Assembly (NCBI GenBank): GCA_964455375.1 | Contig: CAYVXE010000002.1 | Location: forward strand, 7,753 to 71,752 | Origin: an uncultured Calditrichaceae bacterium | GTDB taxonomy: Bacteria > Zhuqueibacterota > Zhuqueibacteria > Oceanimicrobiales > Oceanimicrobiaceae | Direction: 5' to 3' | DNA length: 64,000 bases | In this document: piece by piece, positions 45,348 to 55,616 of the stretch | How positions within the stretch are numbered: the stretch's first letter is position 1 | How the letters are laid out: every line of letters starts with the position of its first letter | The notes under the pieces: model-generated | Seen by the model: only the letters and a program-made list of their open reading frames with translations | The model's database searches: none | Told to the model about the DNA's origin: nothing | Program-made: the position numbers and the translations under genes

Positions 45348-46817
45348 ATGAATTATTCAGAATTTGAAACTCTGGCAAAACAGGGGAATGTGATTCCGGT
45401 TTACCAAACCTATCTGGCGGATCTATTAACGCCGGTATCGGCATTTTTGAGGTTAGCTCAGGCATCAAAAAATGCCTTTCTTTTTGAAAGTGTGGAAGGG
45501 GGAGAAAAAACCGCCCGCTTTTCTTTCCTCGGCTGCGATCCCTTTTGTACCATTCAATTTTCAGAAAATACAATTGAAGAAATGCGACTTGGGAAAAGGG
45601 AACGTTTTAAAAGCGACATCTTCGAACATCTTAAAAAGCTGTTTGGGAATTATCAAATGGTGCGTCCCGAAAATTTACCGAGATTTACCGGCGGCGCTGT
45701 GGGCTATTTCGGCTATGAAACGATTCACCTCATTGAAGATGTTCCGGTTTTGCAGAATGGCTCACAAACATTTCCCGAAGCCGCGTTTATGTTGTTTGAT
45801 ACTATCTTGGCGTTCGACCACCTGAAACATCAAATCTATATCATCAAAAATGTGCGGCTTGATGAGGAATCCGGATCATTGCCTAAATTATTCGAACATG
45901 CACAGGCGACGATTAGCGGCATTAAACAGCGTTTGGACTGTGAATTAAATCGTATAAAAAATGACCGCGCTGTGGAGGATAGCCGGGTTGAGTCAAATTT
46001 CAATGCAGCGGATTTTTGTTTGGCGGTGTCCCGGGCAAAAGAATTTATTCAGGCCGGTGATATTTTTCAGGTTGTTTTGTCGCAGCAGTTCAGGCGAAAA
46101 ATCAGCGTCACCCCTTTTGATATTTATCGCGCCCTGCGAATCATCAATCCATCGCCTTATCTGTATTTCGTAAAAATGGATGATAAATGCATTATTGGCT
46201 CATCGCCGGAGCTATTGGTGCGCGTTGAAAACAGGAAGATTGAAGTCAGACCAATCGCAGGTACTCGTAAACGTGGTCAAACGCCGGCTGAAGATAGTGA
46301 GCTTATGGCCGATTTGGAGCAGGATCCGAAGGAAGTTGCGGAACATACAATGTTGGTGGATTTAGGCCGGAATGATGTTGGGCAGGTGAGTGAGTTCGGT
46401 TCGGTTGAGGTGACGGAGTTTATGCAGGTTGAAAAATATTCGCATGTCATGCATCTGGTTTCCAATGTGCAGGGGAAATTACGTGAAAATTTAACCGCCA
46501 TCGATGCGCTAAAGGCCTGTTTTCCTGCAGGCACGGTTTCCGGAGCACCCAAAATCAGGGCTATGGAAATCATCAGTGAACTGGAACCTGAGAAGCGCGG
46601 CGTTTATGCCGGAGCTCTCGGTTACCTGGATTTTTCCGGAAATTTAGATACCTGCATTGCGATCCGGACGATTTTGACGGAGAAGAAATACGCTTATTTT
46701 CAGGCCGGCGCCGGCATCGTTGCCGACTCTGTTCCGGAAAGTGAGTATCATGAAACTATGCATAAATCCGCTGCACTCCGGGAGGCGATAGATTTCGCTG
46801 AAAGGGGATTGAAATGA
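45348..46817 (+). CDS. trpE: Anthranilate synthase component I
   Basis: Chorismate-binding domain motifs IAGTRKRG, LVDLGRNDVG, VSGAPKIRAMEII and RGVYAGALGY. The ATG at 45348 is preferred to the GTG at 45324, which abuts the terminator T-run. Confidence 0.93.
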   Translation: MNYSEFETLAKQGNVIPVYQTYLADLLTPVSAFLRLAQASKNAFLFESVEGGEKTARFSFLGCDPFCTIQFSENTIEEMRLGKRERFKSDIFEHLKKLFGNYQMVRPENLPRFTGGAVGYFGYETIHLIEDVPVLQNGSQTFPEAAFMLFDTILAFDHLKHQIYIIKNVRLDEESGSLPKLFEHAQATISGIKQRLDCELNRIKNDRAVEDSRVESNFNAADFCLAVSRAKEFIQAGDIFQVVLSQQFRRKISVTPFDIYRALRIINPSPYLYFVKMDDKCIIGSSPELLVRVENRKIEVRPIAGTRKRGQTPAEDSELMADLEQDPKEVAEHTMLVDLGRNDVGQVSEFGSVEVTEFMQVEKYSHVMHLVSNVQGKLRENLTAIDALKACFPAGTVSGAPKIRAMEIISELEPEKRGVYAGALGYLDFSGNLDTCIAIRTILTEKKYAYFQAGAGIVADSVPESEYHETMHKSAALREAIDFAERGLK

Positions 46818-47404
46818 TTCTGGTCGTCGACAACTACGATTCTTTTACGTATAATCTGGTGCAGTATCTGGGTGAATTGGGCGCTAAATTGCTCGTAAAA
46901 CGCAATGACAAAATCTCATTGACGGAGATAAAAGATATGAATCCCGACGGAGTGGTTATTTCGCCGGGGCCGGGTAGACCGGAGAACGCCGGTATTTCTG
47001 TGTCTCTCATCGCCGAGTTCGCCGGTTGTATGCCGATTCTTGGCGTTTGTTTGGGACATCAGGCAATTGGACAGGCATTTGGCGGAAAAATCATCTCTGC
47101 ACCCGTTCTCATGCATGGAAAGACGTCGCGCATTCAGCACAACCAGCAAGGCGTGTTTGCAACGCTTCCCAATCCGTTTGCGGCAACGCGTTACCATTCT
47201 CTGATTGTTGAAAAAAGGAGTCTGCCCGAAGAGCTTATCGTAACTGCGGAAACAGAAGACCGAATCATCATGGGACTGCGACATAAAGTGAAACCCGTCT
47301 TCGGTGTTCAATTTCACCCGGAGTCTATTTTAACAGAGGTGGGTAAGAAATTGCTCGATAACTTTCTAAAAATGTGTACAAAATTTAAAGGAAATGCGTC
47401 ATGA
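46814..47404 (+). CDS. trpG: Anthranilate synthase component II (glutamine amidotransferase)
   Basis: Class-I GATase motifs PILGVCLGHQAIG and GVQFHPES. ATGA overlap with trpE. Confidence 0.93.
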   Translation: MILVVDNYDSFTYNLVQYLGELGAKLLVKRNDKISLTEIKDMNPDGVVISPGPGRPENAGISVSLIAEFAGCMPILGVCLGHQAIGQAFGGKIISAPVLMHGKTSRIQHNQQGVFATLPNPFAATRYHSLIVEKRSLPEELIVTAETEDRIIMGLRHKVKPVFGVQFHPESILTEVGKKLLDNFLKMCTKFKGNAS

Positions 47405-48420
47405 TGCAACATGTAATTCGAACCGTTACCGGCGGCAGGAATTTGAGCCGGGACGAAGCTTTTGAAACGATGCAAATCATCATGGACGGCGGGGCGACGC
47501 CTTCGCAGATTGCCGCTTTTCTCATCGCCGAAAAATGCAAGGGCGAGACCCTTGAGGAAGTGACTGGCTTTGCAAAGGCCATGCGGCAAAAGGCGACGAC
47601 GGTCAAAACGAAACATCGCAATGCCATCGATATGTGCGGCACCGGCGGTGATGGTGCCGGGACCTTCAATATTTCAACGGTGGCGTCGTTTGTGGTAGCC
47701 GGTGGTGGCGTTCCGGTGGCAAAACATGGTAACCGTTCGGTCTCAAGCCGTTGTGGCAGCGCCGACTTGCTGGAAACGCTCGGTGTGAATATCAGTTTGA
47801 GTGCAGAGCAAATTGGCGTCTGCCTGGATGAGTTGGGCATTGCATTTTTGTTTGCACCGGCGCTGCACAAAGCCATGAAGCATGCCGTGGTGCCAAGAAG
47901 GGAAATTGGTGTACGCACGGTTTTCAATTTGTTAGGTCCCATGACGAATCCCGCCGCGGTGACCCGCCAGGTGATGGGTGTTTACCATCCAGATGTAAAA
48001 CGTCTGGTGGCGGAAGTATTTCGAGAGTTAGGCGCCGAACACATTTTTGTGGTGCACAGCGCTGACGGATTGGATGAGGTCTCCATTTATGACGCAACTC
48101 CGGTCATTGAATTAAAAGCGGGCAGGATTTTGGAAAGGAGAATCACTCCGGAGGATTTTGGCCTTGTCCGCAACGCAGCAAACGGCGTTCAGGGTGGGTC
48201 GCCTGAAGAGAACGCACAAATTGTAAAAGATGTCCTCGGTGGGCAGAAAAGTCCTGCCCGCGATTTTGTCATTGCAAACGCCGCCTGCGGTTTTGTTGTC
48301 GGCGGTGCGGCGCAATCGTTAAAGGAAGGCGCGGAATTGGCAGCGGAATCTATCGATTCCAGAAAGGCAAATGAAAAACTGCAAGCGTTAATCGAGATGA
48401 CTCAGGCGATCGTCTCATGA
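47401..48420 (+). CDS. trpD: Anthranilate phosphoribosyltransferase
   Basis: Motifs DMCGTGGDGAGTFNISTV and KHGNRSVSS. ATGA overlap with trpG. Confidence 0.93.
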   Translation: MMQHVIRTVTGGRNLSRDEAFETMQIIMDGGATPSQIAAFLIAEKCKGETLEEVTGFAKAMRQKATTVKTKHRNAIDMCGTGGDGAGTFNISTVASFVVAGGGVPVAKHGNRSVSSRCGSADLLETLGVNISLSAEQIGVCLDELGIAFLFAPALHKAMKHAVVPRREIGVRTVFNLLGPMTNPAAVTRQVMGVYHPDVKRLVAEVFRELGAEHIFVVHSADGLDEVSIYDATPVIELKAGRILERRITPEDFGLVRNAANGVQGGSPEENAQIVKDVLGGQKSPARDFVIANAACGFVVGGAAQSLKEGAELAAESIDSRKANEKLQALIEMTQAIVS

Positions 48421-49211
48421 ATGATATTCTGAAAAATATTCTTCGGGATAAGAAAATGGAAATAGGTGCCAGTCAAGCAAAAGTACCGATTTCAAGATTG
48501 TTTGAAATAGCTGAAGAACAGGTACCTCCGGTTTCGTTGACGGATGCGTTAGACCGTGAGACAGTCGCAGTCGTTGCCGAATTAAAAAAACAATCACCCA
48601 CCGCAGGCGTGATTAAAGAAAATGCAGACATTGGCGGGATCGCTGAAAGTTATGCAGAAAATGGTGCTGCGGCTATTTCCGTACTGACGGATTTTCCCTA
48701 TTTTGGCGGGACTTTGCAGGATTTAGCCCAGGTTCGTCACAGGGTGAATTTACCGCTTCTTCGCAAGGATTTTATTCTCGAACCGTATCAAATTGTCGAA
48801 GCCAGAGCGTTCGGTGCAGACGCCGTTTTGCTCATCGTAGCGGCATTGGGACAGCCTCAATTCGTTGAACTGCTTGCGACCGCGGCAGAGGTTCGCATGC
48901 AGCCGTTGGTGGAAGTGCACACAGAAAAAGAAGCAGACCGGGGGTTATGCGAAAATGTTTCACTCCTCGGGATTAATAATCGAAACCTGAACACATTTGA
49001 AGTGGATTTACGAACCACAGAACGAGTGATGAAAATGATTCCGGAGGAGGTTCAGGTGATTTCAGAGAGCGGCATTAAATCCCCGGAGGATGTTGAAAGA
49101 CTCGCCCAATGGGGCGTTGATGCGGTTCTTGTTGGCGAGACTTTCATGCGGCACCCGGAGCCGGGGACAGCCCTGAAACCGTTTGTTGGAGTACCCAAAT
49201 GTTCAAGGTGA
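48417..49211 (+). CDS. trpC: Indole-3-glycerol phosphate synthase
   Basis: Motifs VAELKKQSPTAG, LRKDFI, and GINNRNL followed by ISESGI. ATGA overlap with trpD. Confidence 0.92.
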   Translation: MNDILKNILRDKKMEIGASQAKVPISRLFEIAEEQVPPVSLTDALDRETVAVVAELKKQSPTAGVIKENADIGGIAESYAENGAAAISVLTDFPYFGGTLQDLAQVRHRVNLPLLRKDFILEPYQIVEARAFGADAVLLIVAALGQPQFVELLATAAEVRMQPLVEVHTEKEADRGLCENVSLLGINNRNLNTFEVDLRTTERVMKMIPEEVQVISESGIKSPEDVERLAQWGVDAVLVGETFMRHPEPGTALKPFVGVPKCSR

Positions 49212-49816
49212 AAGTGTGTGGTATCACGAATGAGGAAGATGCGTTGCTTGCCTGTGAAGCCGGCGCCGGGGCCTTGGGCTTTATTTTTTATGAAAAGAGT
49301 CCCCGTTTTATCGATCCTTTTGCCGCAGAGAAAATTATTTCAAAGCTGCCGGCATCGGTCAAAAAGGTGGGTGTGTTTGTCAATGCGCCGGTGGAAGATA
49401 TAAATACGCGGTTTAAATTTCTCGATTTTGCACAGTTGCACGGTGATGAAACGCCGGAATACTGCCGGCAGGTCACATTACCGGTGATAAAAGTCTTCCG
49501 CGTGCAGGCTTCATTTGATAGTCGTGAAATGCAGTCCTACAACCCGGATGGATTCTTGCTCGACACATACAGCCCGGCACAGCGGGGAGGAACCGGTGAA
49601 AGCTTTGATTGGCAAATTGCACGGGAAGCAAAGAAATATGGGAGAATCATTCTTTCAGGTGGTTTGAATGCGCATAATGTTTTGCAAGCTGTAAACACAA
49701 CGCTCCCGGATGCGGTGGATGTAAATAGCGGGATTGAGGCGGCTCCCGGTAAGAAAGACGTAAAAAAGTTGAAATCATTTTTTAAAGTACTCGAACAGAC
49801 ATACTTGACTAAATAA
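49199..49816 (+). CDS. trpF: Phosphoribosylanthranilate isomerase
   Basis: Motifs KVCGIT, AQLHGDE and LSGGLN. 13-nt overlap with trpC. Confidence 0.9.
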   Translation: MFKVKVCGITNEEDALLACEAGAGALGFIFYEKSPRFIDPFAAEKIISKLPASVKKVGVFVNAPVEDINTRFKFLDFAQLHGDETPEYCRQVTLPVIKVFRVQASFDSREMQSYNPDGFLLDTYSPAQRGGTGESFDWQIAREAKKYGRIILSGGLNAHNVLQAVNTTLPDAVDVNSGIEAAPGKKDVKKLKSFFKVLEQTYLTK

Positions 49817-49846
49817 CGAAATAATCTAATTGGAAGGCATTGCATC

Positions 49847-51061
49847 GTGAAAATGATGGAGAATAAGAGCTTAACAGATAATAGTCTGCCGGATGCGAGC
49901 GGTTACTTTGAGGAATTTGGCGGCAAGTTTATTCCTGAAGTTTTATTGCCGGCGGTGGATGAATTGGAGGATGCGTATGCCGCCGTCAAAAATGATGACG
50001 CATTTCAGTCGGAGTTATTGCGCTATTTGCAGGACTATTCCGGGCGTCCTACGCCGCTGACGTTCTGCCCGCGCCTGACGGAAAAATATGGTGGCGCTAA
50101 GGTTTATCTCAAACGCGAAGATCTGAATCATACCGGGGCGCATAAAATAAACAACTGTTTGGGGCAGATTCTTTTGGCGAAAAGAATGGGGAAAAAGCGC
50201 ATCATTGCGGAGACCGGCGCCGGTCAGCATGGTGTTGCGGTTGCAACGGTGTCTGCAAAATTCGGCTTAAAATGTGTCGTTTACATGGGTGAAGAAGATA
50301 CGCGGCGGCAACAGCTAAATGTTTTTCGGATGGAACTTTTAGGCGCTGACGTCATCCCGGTCAAATCCGGCAGCCGAACGTTGAAAGATGCCATCAACGA
50401 AGCCATTCGCGACTGGGTCACGAATGTTGGCGATACATTTTATTTGATTGGTTCCGTGGTGGGGCCGCACCCGTACCCCATGATGGTCAGGGACTTTCAG
50501 TCGGTGATCGGCCGTGAAACCAGGGAGCAAATGTTGCGGCAAACGACCCACCTACCGGATTATGTGCTTGCCTGTGTTGGCGGCGGCAGCAACGCCATGG
50601 GCATGTTCTATCCGTTTCTGGCTGACCGGTCGGTGAAATTGTTTGGCGTCGAAGCTGCCGGAGAAGGATTAACAACGAATAAACATGCCGCGACCCTCAC
50701 CGCTGGAACGCCCGGTGTTTTGCATGGCGCTTTGACTTACTTACTGCAGGATCAGGATGGTCAGATACAGGAAGCACATTCGATTTCTGCGGGGTTGGAT
50801 TATCCCGCGGTGGGGCCTGAACATAGCTTCCTGAAAAAATCTGGACGGGTACATTATACATCGGTCACGGACGAGGAAGCGCTCGATGCATTTTATCTGC
50901 TGGCGAAAACAGAGGGAATTTTGCCGGCTCTGGAAAGTTCGCATGCCATCGCACAAGCGGTAAAAATGCTGCCTGAAACCGACCCTGATGAACGAATGGT
51001 CATTTGTTTGTCAGGCAGAGGTGATAAGGATGTGGATATCATCAAATCGTTAACTGTGTAA
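49847..51061 (+). CDS. trpB: Tryptophan synthase beta chain
   Basis: [11 protein letters not shown] (PLP lysine), GAGQHG and GGGSNAMG. The start could be the GTG at 49847 (GGAAGG 8 nt upstream) or the ATG at 49853. Confidence 0.95.
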   Translation: MKMMENKSLTDNSLPDASGYFEEFGGKFIPEVLLPAVDELEDAYAAVKNDDAFQSELLRYLQDYSGRPTPLTFCPRLTEKYGGAKVYLKREDLNHTGAHKINNCLGQILLAKRMGKKRIIAETGAGQHGVAVATVSAKFGLKCVVYMGEEDTRRQQLNVFRMELLGADVIPVKSGSRTLKDAINEAIRDWVTNVGDTFYLIGSVVGPHPYPMMVRDFQSVIGRETREQMLRQTTHLPDYVLACVGGGSNAMGMFYPFLADRSVKLFGVEAAGEGLTTNKHAATLTAGTPGVLHGALTYLLQDQDGQIQEAHSISAGLDYPAVGPEHSFLKKSGRVHYTSVTDEEALDAFYLLAKTEGILPALESSHAIAQAVKMLPETDPDERMVICLSGRGDKDVDIIKSLTV

Positions 51062-51082
51062 CATCTAATTTTGTGAGATAAG

Positions 51083-51886
51083 ATGAATCGATTACAAAAA
51101 AGAATTGCAGAAAAAGTGGCTGCCGCGGAGAAAATGCTTTCTGTTTTTATCGCGGCGGGATTCCCAGAGTTGAATTCAACCCCTGACTATGTGCTGGCCT
51201 TTGAAAAAGCCGGCGCCGATTTTATCGAGATCGGTTTACCGTTTTCTGACCCCATCGCAGACGGACCGGTTATTCAACATGCATCGCAGATTGCCTTAAA
51301 TAACGGGGTAACCTTAGAGAAATGTTTCCATCAAATCCACCTGATTCGAAAGAGCAGCCAGATTCCAATTTTACTCATGGGCTATTTTAATCCAATTTTT
51401 AAATTTGGAGTAAAGAGTTTCTTACAGCAGGCTGAATCCTCTGGTGTCGACGGTTTGATTATCCCTGATTTGCTTCCAGAAGAATTCGCACGGTTTCAAA
51501 ATGAATTTGCAACATCAACGATTGGGGTAAATTTCCTGATTTCTCCCAATACGGGTATGGAGAGAATCAAACATATCGATACGCTGACGCAATCATTTAT
51601 TTATTGCACTTCTGTAACCGGCACGACCGGGGTTCGGGAAAACGTTTCTGCCGATTTGCATCGTTATTTGGTTCGGGTACGTGAGTCGGTTAAGCATCCT
51701 TACTTTGTGGGCTTTGGCATTGCAAATGAAAGGGAGGCGGAGCGAATTTCCAGGGAATGTGACGGAATCATTGTCGGCAGTGCAGTGATTAAGAAGATTG
51801 ACGAAGCACCCACCGGACAAAAGTTGGAAACGGCCTCAAGCTTTGTATCCCAATTAAAGGAGGCAATTGTAAATGGAGATTCATGA
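51083..51886 (+). CDS. trpA: Tryptophan synthase alpha chain
   Basis: IEIGLPFSDPIADGPVIQ and VGFGI motifs. Confidence 0.93.
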   Translation: MNRLQKRIAEKVAAAEKMLSVFIAAGFPELNSTPDYVLAFEKAGADFIEIGLPFSDPIADGPVIQHASQIALNNGVTLEKCFHQIHLIRKSSQIPILLMGYFNPIFKFGVKSFLQQAESSGVDGLIIPDLLPEEFARFQNEFATSTIGVNFLISPNTGMERIKHIDTLTQSFIYCTSVTGTTGVRENVSADLHRYLVRVRESVKHPYFVGFGIANEREAERISRECDGIIVGSAVIKKIDEAPTGQKLETASSFVSQLKEAIVNGDS

Positions 51887-52157
51887 TTGGCGAAAAAAGA
51901 TCGATGCGATCGATGCTGAAATATTATGTCTGCTGAATAAACGGGCGGAGTGTACCATTGCGATTGGGTTTCTGAAGGCAAAACATCACTTGCCTGTTTA
52001 TGTTCCTCAACGGGAAACAGAAATCTTAAACCGTCTGATGTCAGAAAATCGAGGCCCGTTAACGGCAGATGGTGTCAAACGAATCTTTGAACGCATTATT
52101 GATGAATCAAGAAAATTGGAAAAGGACAAAATGTTAAAAAATAACCAAAAGGATTAA
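51873..52157 (+). CDS. Monofunctional AroQ-class chorismate mutase
   Basis: 94 aa. WRKKIDAIDAEILCLLNKRAECTIAIGFLK followed by VYVPQRETEIL, the typical helical CM_2 pattern. 14-nt overlap with trpA. Confidence 0.85.
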   Translation: MEIHDWRKKIDAIDAEILCLLNKRAECTIAIGFLKAKHHLPVYVPQRETEILNRLMSENRGPLTADGVKRIFERIIDESRKLEKDKMLKNNQKD

Positions 52158-52160
52158 AAA

Positions 52161-53174
52161 ATGGTCGTCGTAATGAAAGAAAATGCCACAGAGGAAAATA
52201 TTCAGAAAGTCGTTTCAAAATTGACGGAAATGAATTTTGATGTGCACCGGTCAACGGGCGTCAATCAAACCGTTCTCGGCGCGGTGGGTGACAAACGCGG
52301 GATTGAAGTGCGCAGCTTTGAGTTAATGGAGGATGTACAAAAGGTTGTTCCAATTACTCAGCCGTACAAATTGGCCAGTCGGGCATTCAAACCCGAAGAC
52401 TCTGTCATTAAAATAAAAGATGTAGCCGTTGGTGGAGACACCTTGGTTATGTTTGCCGGTCCGTGCTCCATTGAAAATCGGGAGGCAATTTTACAAACTG
52501 CCGAAATTGTGAAGAAGGCCGGCGCTACGGTTTTGCGCGGAGGGGCATATAAACCGCGCACATCTCCTTACAGTTTCCAGGGATTGGGCGAAGAGGGATT
52601 GAAGTACATGCGCGAAGCTGCAAACCTGCATGGGTTGATCTCTGTTTCTGAAGTCATGGAAAGCAGTCAGATTCCAATTCTTGTGGAATATGTGGATATT
52701 CTTCAGGTTGGCGCCCGAAACATGCAAAATTTTACCTTGTTGCGGGATTTAGGAAAAATCAGAAAGCCGGTTTTATTGAAGCGCGGGATGTCTGCAACCA
52801 TCGAAGAGCTTTTGATGTCTGCTGAGTACATCATGGCCGGCGGAAACTTTCAGGTCATTTTGTGTGAGCGCGGCATTCGTACATTTGAAAAATATACACG
52901 AAACACGTTAGATATTTCTGCGATCCCTGTCGTGAAAAAACTAAGCCACCTGCCCATCATCGCTGACCCCAGCCATGCGACGGGACGGCGGGATAAAGTG
53001 GCGCCCATGGCCAGGGCAGCCATCGCCGCCGGATGTGACGGTCTCATCGTGGAAGTTCATCAAAATCCCGACGAAGCGCTTTCCGACGGCCCGCAGTCGC
53101 TGTATCCGGAACAGTTTAAGAAATTAATGAGCGAACTCAAAATTATTGCCAAAGCCGTTGGAAAACACTGGTAA
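52161..53174 (+). CDS. 3-deoxy-7-phosphoheptulonate (DAHP) synthase, type I-beta with N-terminal ferredoxin-like regulatory domain
   Basis: The ~65 aa N-terminal FL/ACT-like domain (MVVVMKENATEENIQKVVSKL) resembles Thermotoga-type enzymes. Catalytic motifs GPCSIEN, RGGAYKPRTSPYSFQG and ADPSHATG. Confidence 0.9.
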   Translation: MVVVMKENATEENIQKVVSKLTEMNFDVHRSTGVNQTVLGAVGDKRGIEVRSFELMEDVQKVVPITQPYKLASRAFKPEDSVIKIKDVAVGGDTLVMFAGPCSIENREAILQTAEIVKKAGATVLRGGAYKPRTSPYSFQGLGEEGLKYMREAANLHGLISVSEVMESSQIPILVEYVDILQVGARNMQNFTLLRDLGKIRKPVLLKRGMSATIEELLMSAEYIMAGGNFQVILCERGIRTFEKYTRNTLDISAIPVVKKLSHLPIIADPSHATGRRDKVAPMARAAIAAGCDGLIVEVHQNPDEALSDGPQSLYPEQFKKLMSELKIIAKAVGKHW

Positions 53175-53231
53175 AATTACTTGAAAATTACTTCCGGTTT
53201 GGTTATACTTGTCTGAAAGTGAGGATTATGT

Positions 53232-54326
53232 TTGTTTGAAAAAATTACGATTATCGGGCTGGGACTCATTGGCGGTTCGCTAGCTGCGGCATTTAAGCGT
53301 AAAAATATTTCTGCTGAAATCATAGGTGTCGATGAAAACGTCGTTTTAGAGAAGGCATCGGCGGCCGGGTTGATCGCATCCGGGTTTGGTTTGGGGAAGA
53401 TTGAGCAAGCAGTCGGCGGGGCGGATTTGATTTTTTTGGCAACGCCAATTCAATCGGTTTTTGACTTGTTGCCACATGTGGGAAAATACGCAAAAGCCGG
53501 TACGCTCATCTCCGATGTTGGCAGCACAAAACGTTTAATCGTTGCGGAAGCCGCGAAGTGCCTTCCAGCCAACGTTTATTTTCTTGGCGGTCATCCGATG
53601 ACCGGTTCCGAAAAAAAAGGATTAGATGCGGCGGATCCGTTTTTGTTCGAAAATAGTTATTATGTGATTGCGGAATCGCCAGACGTTCCGACGACTCTTC
53701 AGGATGGATTTGTTCGCTTGATTGAGTACATTGGCGCAAAAGTCATTTGTATGCAGGCAGATGTGCACGACGAAGTTGCAGCGGTGGTCAGCCATTTACC
53801 GCAATTACTTGCCGTTGCTCTCATGACGCATGTGGCTTCCCTGAACGATGAAAATTCGATGTATTTGAAGTTGGCTGCGGGCGGCTTTCAAGATATGACC
53901 AGGGTGGCGTCAAGCCCGTATTCCACCTGGGAACATATTCTCAAAACCAATACCGGAAATATTCGACGCGCATTGGATTCATTCGTCGGGACGCTTACGG
54001 ATGTGGGAAATTTGATAGCCGACGATTCACTTGAACAGATATTTGAACGGGCTGCAAGAGACCGCCTGTCAATTCCGAAAGATATGCGCGGATTTATGCA
54101 CCCGCATTTTGATGTTTCTGTGGTGGTTGAAGACAAGCCCGGGATTTTGGCAGAAATTACCGGGATTCTGGCAGGAACGAATCTGAATATAAAGGACATT
54201 GAGATTTTGAAAGTGCGGGAAGGAGATGCGGGAACATTGCGAATGGCATTTGCCAGCAAACAGGAACGGCAAGAAGCTGTACGCGTGTTACGGCAGCGCT
54301 ATTTTCAAGTAACTGAAAGGGACTGA
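53232..54326 (+). CDS. tyrA: Prephenate dehydrogenase with C-terminal ACT domain
   Basis: TTG start preceded by GAGGA. IIGLGLIGGS NAD-binding fold, GGHPMTGSE, and a C-terminal ACT-like VSVVVEDKPGILAEITGIL. Confidence 0.88.
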   Translation: MFEKITIIGLGLIGGSLAAAFKRKNISAEIIGVDENVVLEKASAAGLIASGFGLGKIEQAVGGADLIFLATPIQSVFDLLPHVGKYAKAGTLISDVGSTKRLIVAEAAKCLPANVYFLGGHPMTGSEKKGLDAADPFLFENSYYVIAESPDVPTTLQDGFVRLIEYIGAKVICMQADVHDEVAAVVSHLPQLLAVALMTHVASLNDENSMYLKLAAGGFQDMTRVASSPYSTWEHILKTNTGNIRRALDSFVGTLTDVGNLIADDSLEQIFERAARDRLSIPKDMRGFMHPHFDVSVVVEDKPGILAEITGILAGTNLNIKDIEILKVREGDAGTLRMAFASKQERQEAVRVLRQRYFQVTERD

Positions 54327-54335
54327 ATTTTTTCA

Positions 54336-55616
54336 ATGGATCAAATTATTCAACCAGCCAAAAAACTGTCTGGTATCGTCAGGTTGCCCGGAGATAAGTC
54401 CATTTCTCACCGGGCTTTATTGCTTTCTGGAATCGCCGAAGGTACCTCGAGTCTGGAAAATTTAAATAATGGTGTGGACGTTACAAGCACCATGAACTGT
54501 ATGAAAAAACTCGGCGTCAGATTTTCTGAGGACAAGGGTATCTTGCGGGTTGCCGGTAAAGGCCCGGCATTAGCAGCGCCGTCTGAAACGTTAGATGTTG
54601 GTAATTCCGGCACAACGATTCGGATATTATCCGGTATTTTAGCCGGGCAAAATTTTACGACAACGATCAGTGGGGACGATTCCATCCGGCGGCGCCCCAT
54701 GGGGCGAATCATCGAGCCGTTGACAAAAATGGGTGTCAATATCGAAGCGGTGGAAAATGAATTTGCACCGTTGACCATTCAGGGTGGCCATTTGCAGGCA
54801 GTCCATTATGCTTTACCGATGGCAAGCGCTCAGGTGAAGTCCTGTATTTTAATGGCAGCACTGTTTGCCAGAGGCACAACCGAAATTCGGGAACCGGGCA
54901 TGACCAGAGATCACACGGAAATCATGCTCAAGAGATTTGGCGCACAGATTGAAAAGGAGCGCCTGACGGTTTCGTTGACCGGCCCCGCAAGACTTGAAGC
55001 ACAAAATGTCATCGTCCCCGGGGATTTGTCGGCAGCGGCTTTTTTCCTGGCCGCCGGCTGTCTGGTGAATGGTGCAGAAATATTAATTCCCAATGTGGGG
55101 GTCAACCCCACCCGGAAAGCGTTTATTTCGCTTTTGTGTGACATGGGGGCTGAAATTGATATGCTCAATATTGTGACATCAGGAAATGAGATTAAAGCTG
55201 ATTTTGTCGTCAGGCAGTCTAAGTTAAAAGGGATTACTATTTCCGGTGCAATTATTCCGCAAATTATCGATGAACTGCCAATCATTGCGGTCATGGCCAC
55301 CCAGGCGGAGGGCGTCACAGAAGTCAGTAACGCCCGGGAATTGCGTGTGAAAGAGTCCGATCGTATCAAATCCATCGTTTCCAATTTGACAAAAATGGGT
55401 GCCGCCGTGGAAGAACGCGAGGATGGATTCATTATTGAAGGCCCGGTTAAACTCAATGCTGCAGCTCTTGACAGCTTTCATGATCACCGGATTGCCATGG
55501 CCTTTGCCGTCGCTGCTTTAGTGGCGGATTCCGAAAGTACCATTCAACATGCTGAATGCGTCGATATCAGTTTCCCTGCATTCTATGATGAACTGGAAAA
55601 CATAACCGAGCATTGA
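54336..55616 (+). CDS. aroA: 3-phosphoshikimate 1-carboxyvinyltransferase (EPSP synthase)
   Basis: Motifs LPGDKSISHR, LDVGNSGTTIR, RVKESDR and HDHRIAMAF. Confidence 0.95.
   Translation: MDQIIQPAKKLSGIVRLPGDKSISHRALLLSGIAEGTSSLENLNNGVDVTSTMNCMKKLGVRFSEDKGILRVAGKGPALAAPSETLDVGNSGTTIRILSGILAGQNFTTTISGDDSIRRRPMGRIIEPLTKMGVNIEAVENEFAPLTIQGGHLQAVHYALPMASAQVKSCILMAALFARGTTEIREPGMTRDHTEIMLKRFGAQIEKERLTVSLTGPARLEAQNVIVPGDLSAAAFFLAAGCLVNGAEILIPNVGVNPTRKAFISLLCDMGAEIDMLNIVTSGNEIKADFVVRQSKLKGITISGAIIPQIIDELPIIAVMATQAEGVTEVSNARELRVKESDRIKSIVSNLTKMGAAVEEREDGFIIEGPVKLNAAALDSFHDHRIAMAFAVAALVADSESTIQHAECVDISFPAFYDELENITEH

Noticed and set aside
45301-45573. 90-aa minus-strand ORF across the attenuator terminator and the trpE 5' end.
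   Set aside because: It is antisense to trpE and to the terminator hairpin and has no supporting signals.
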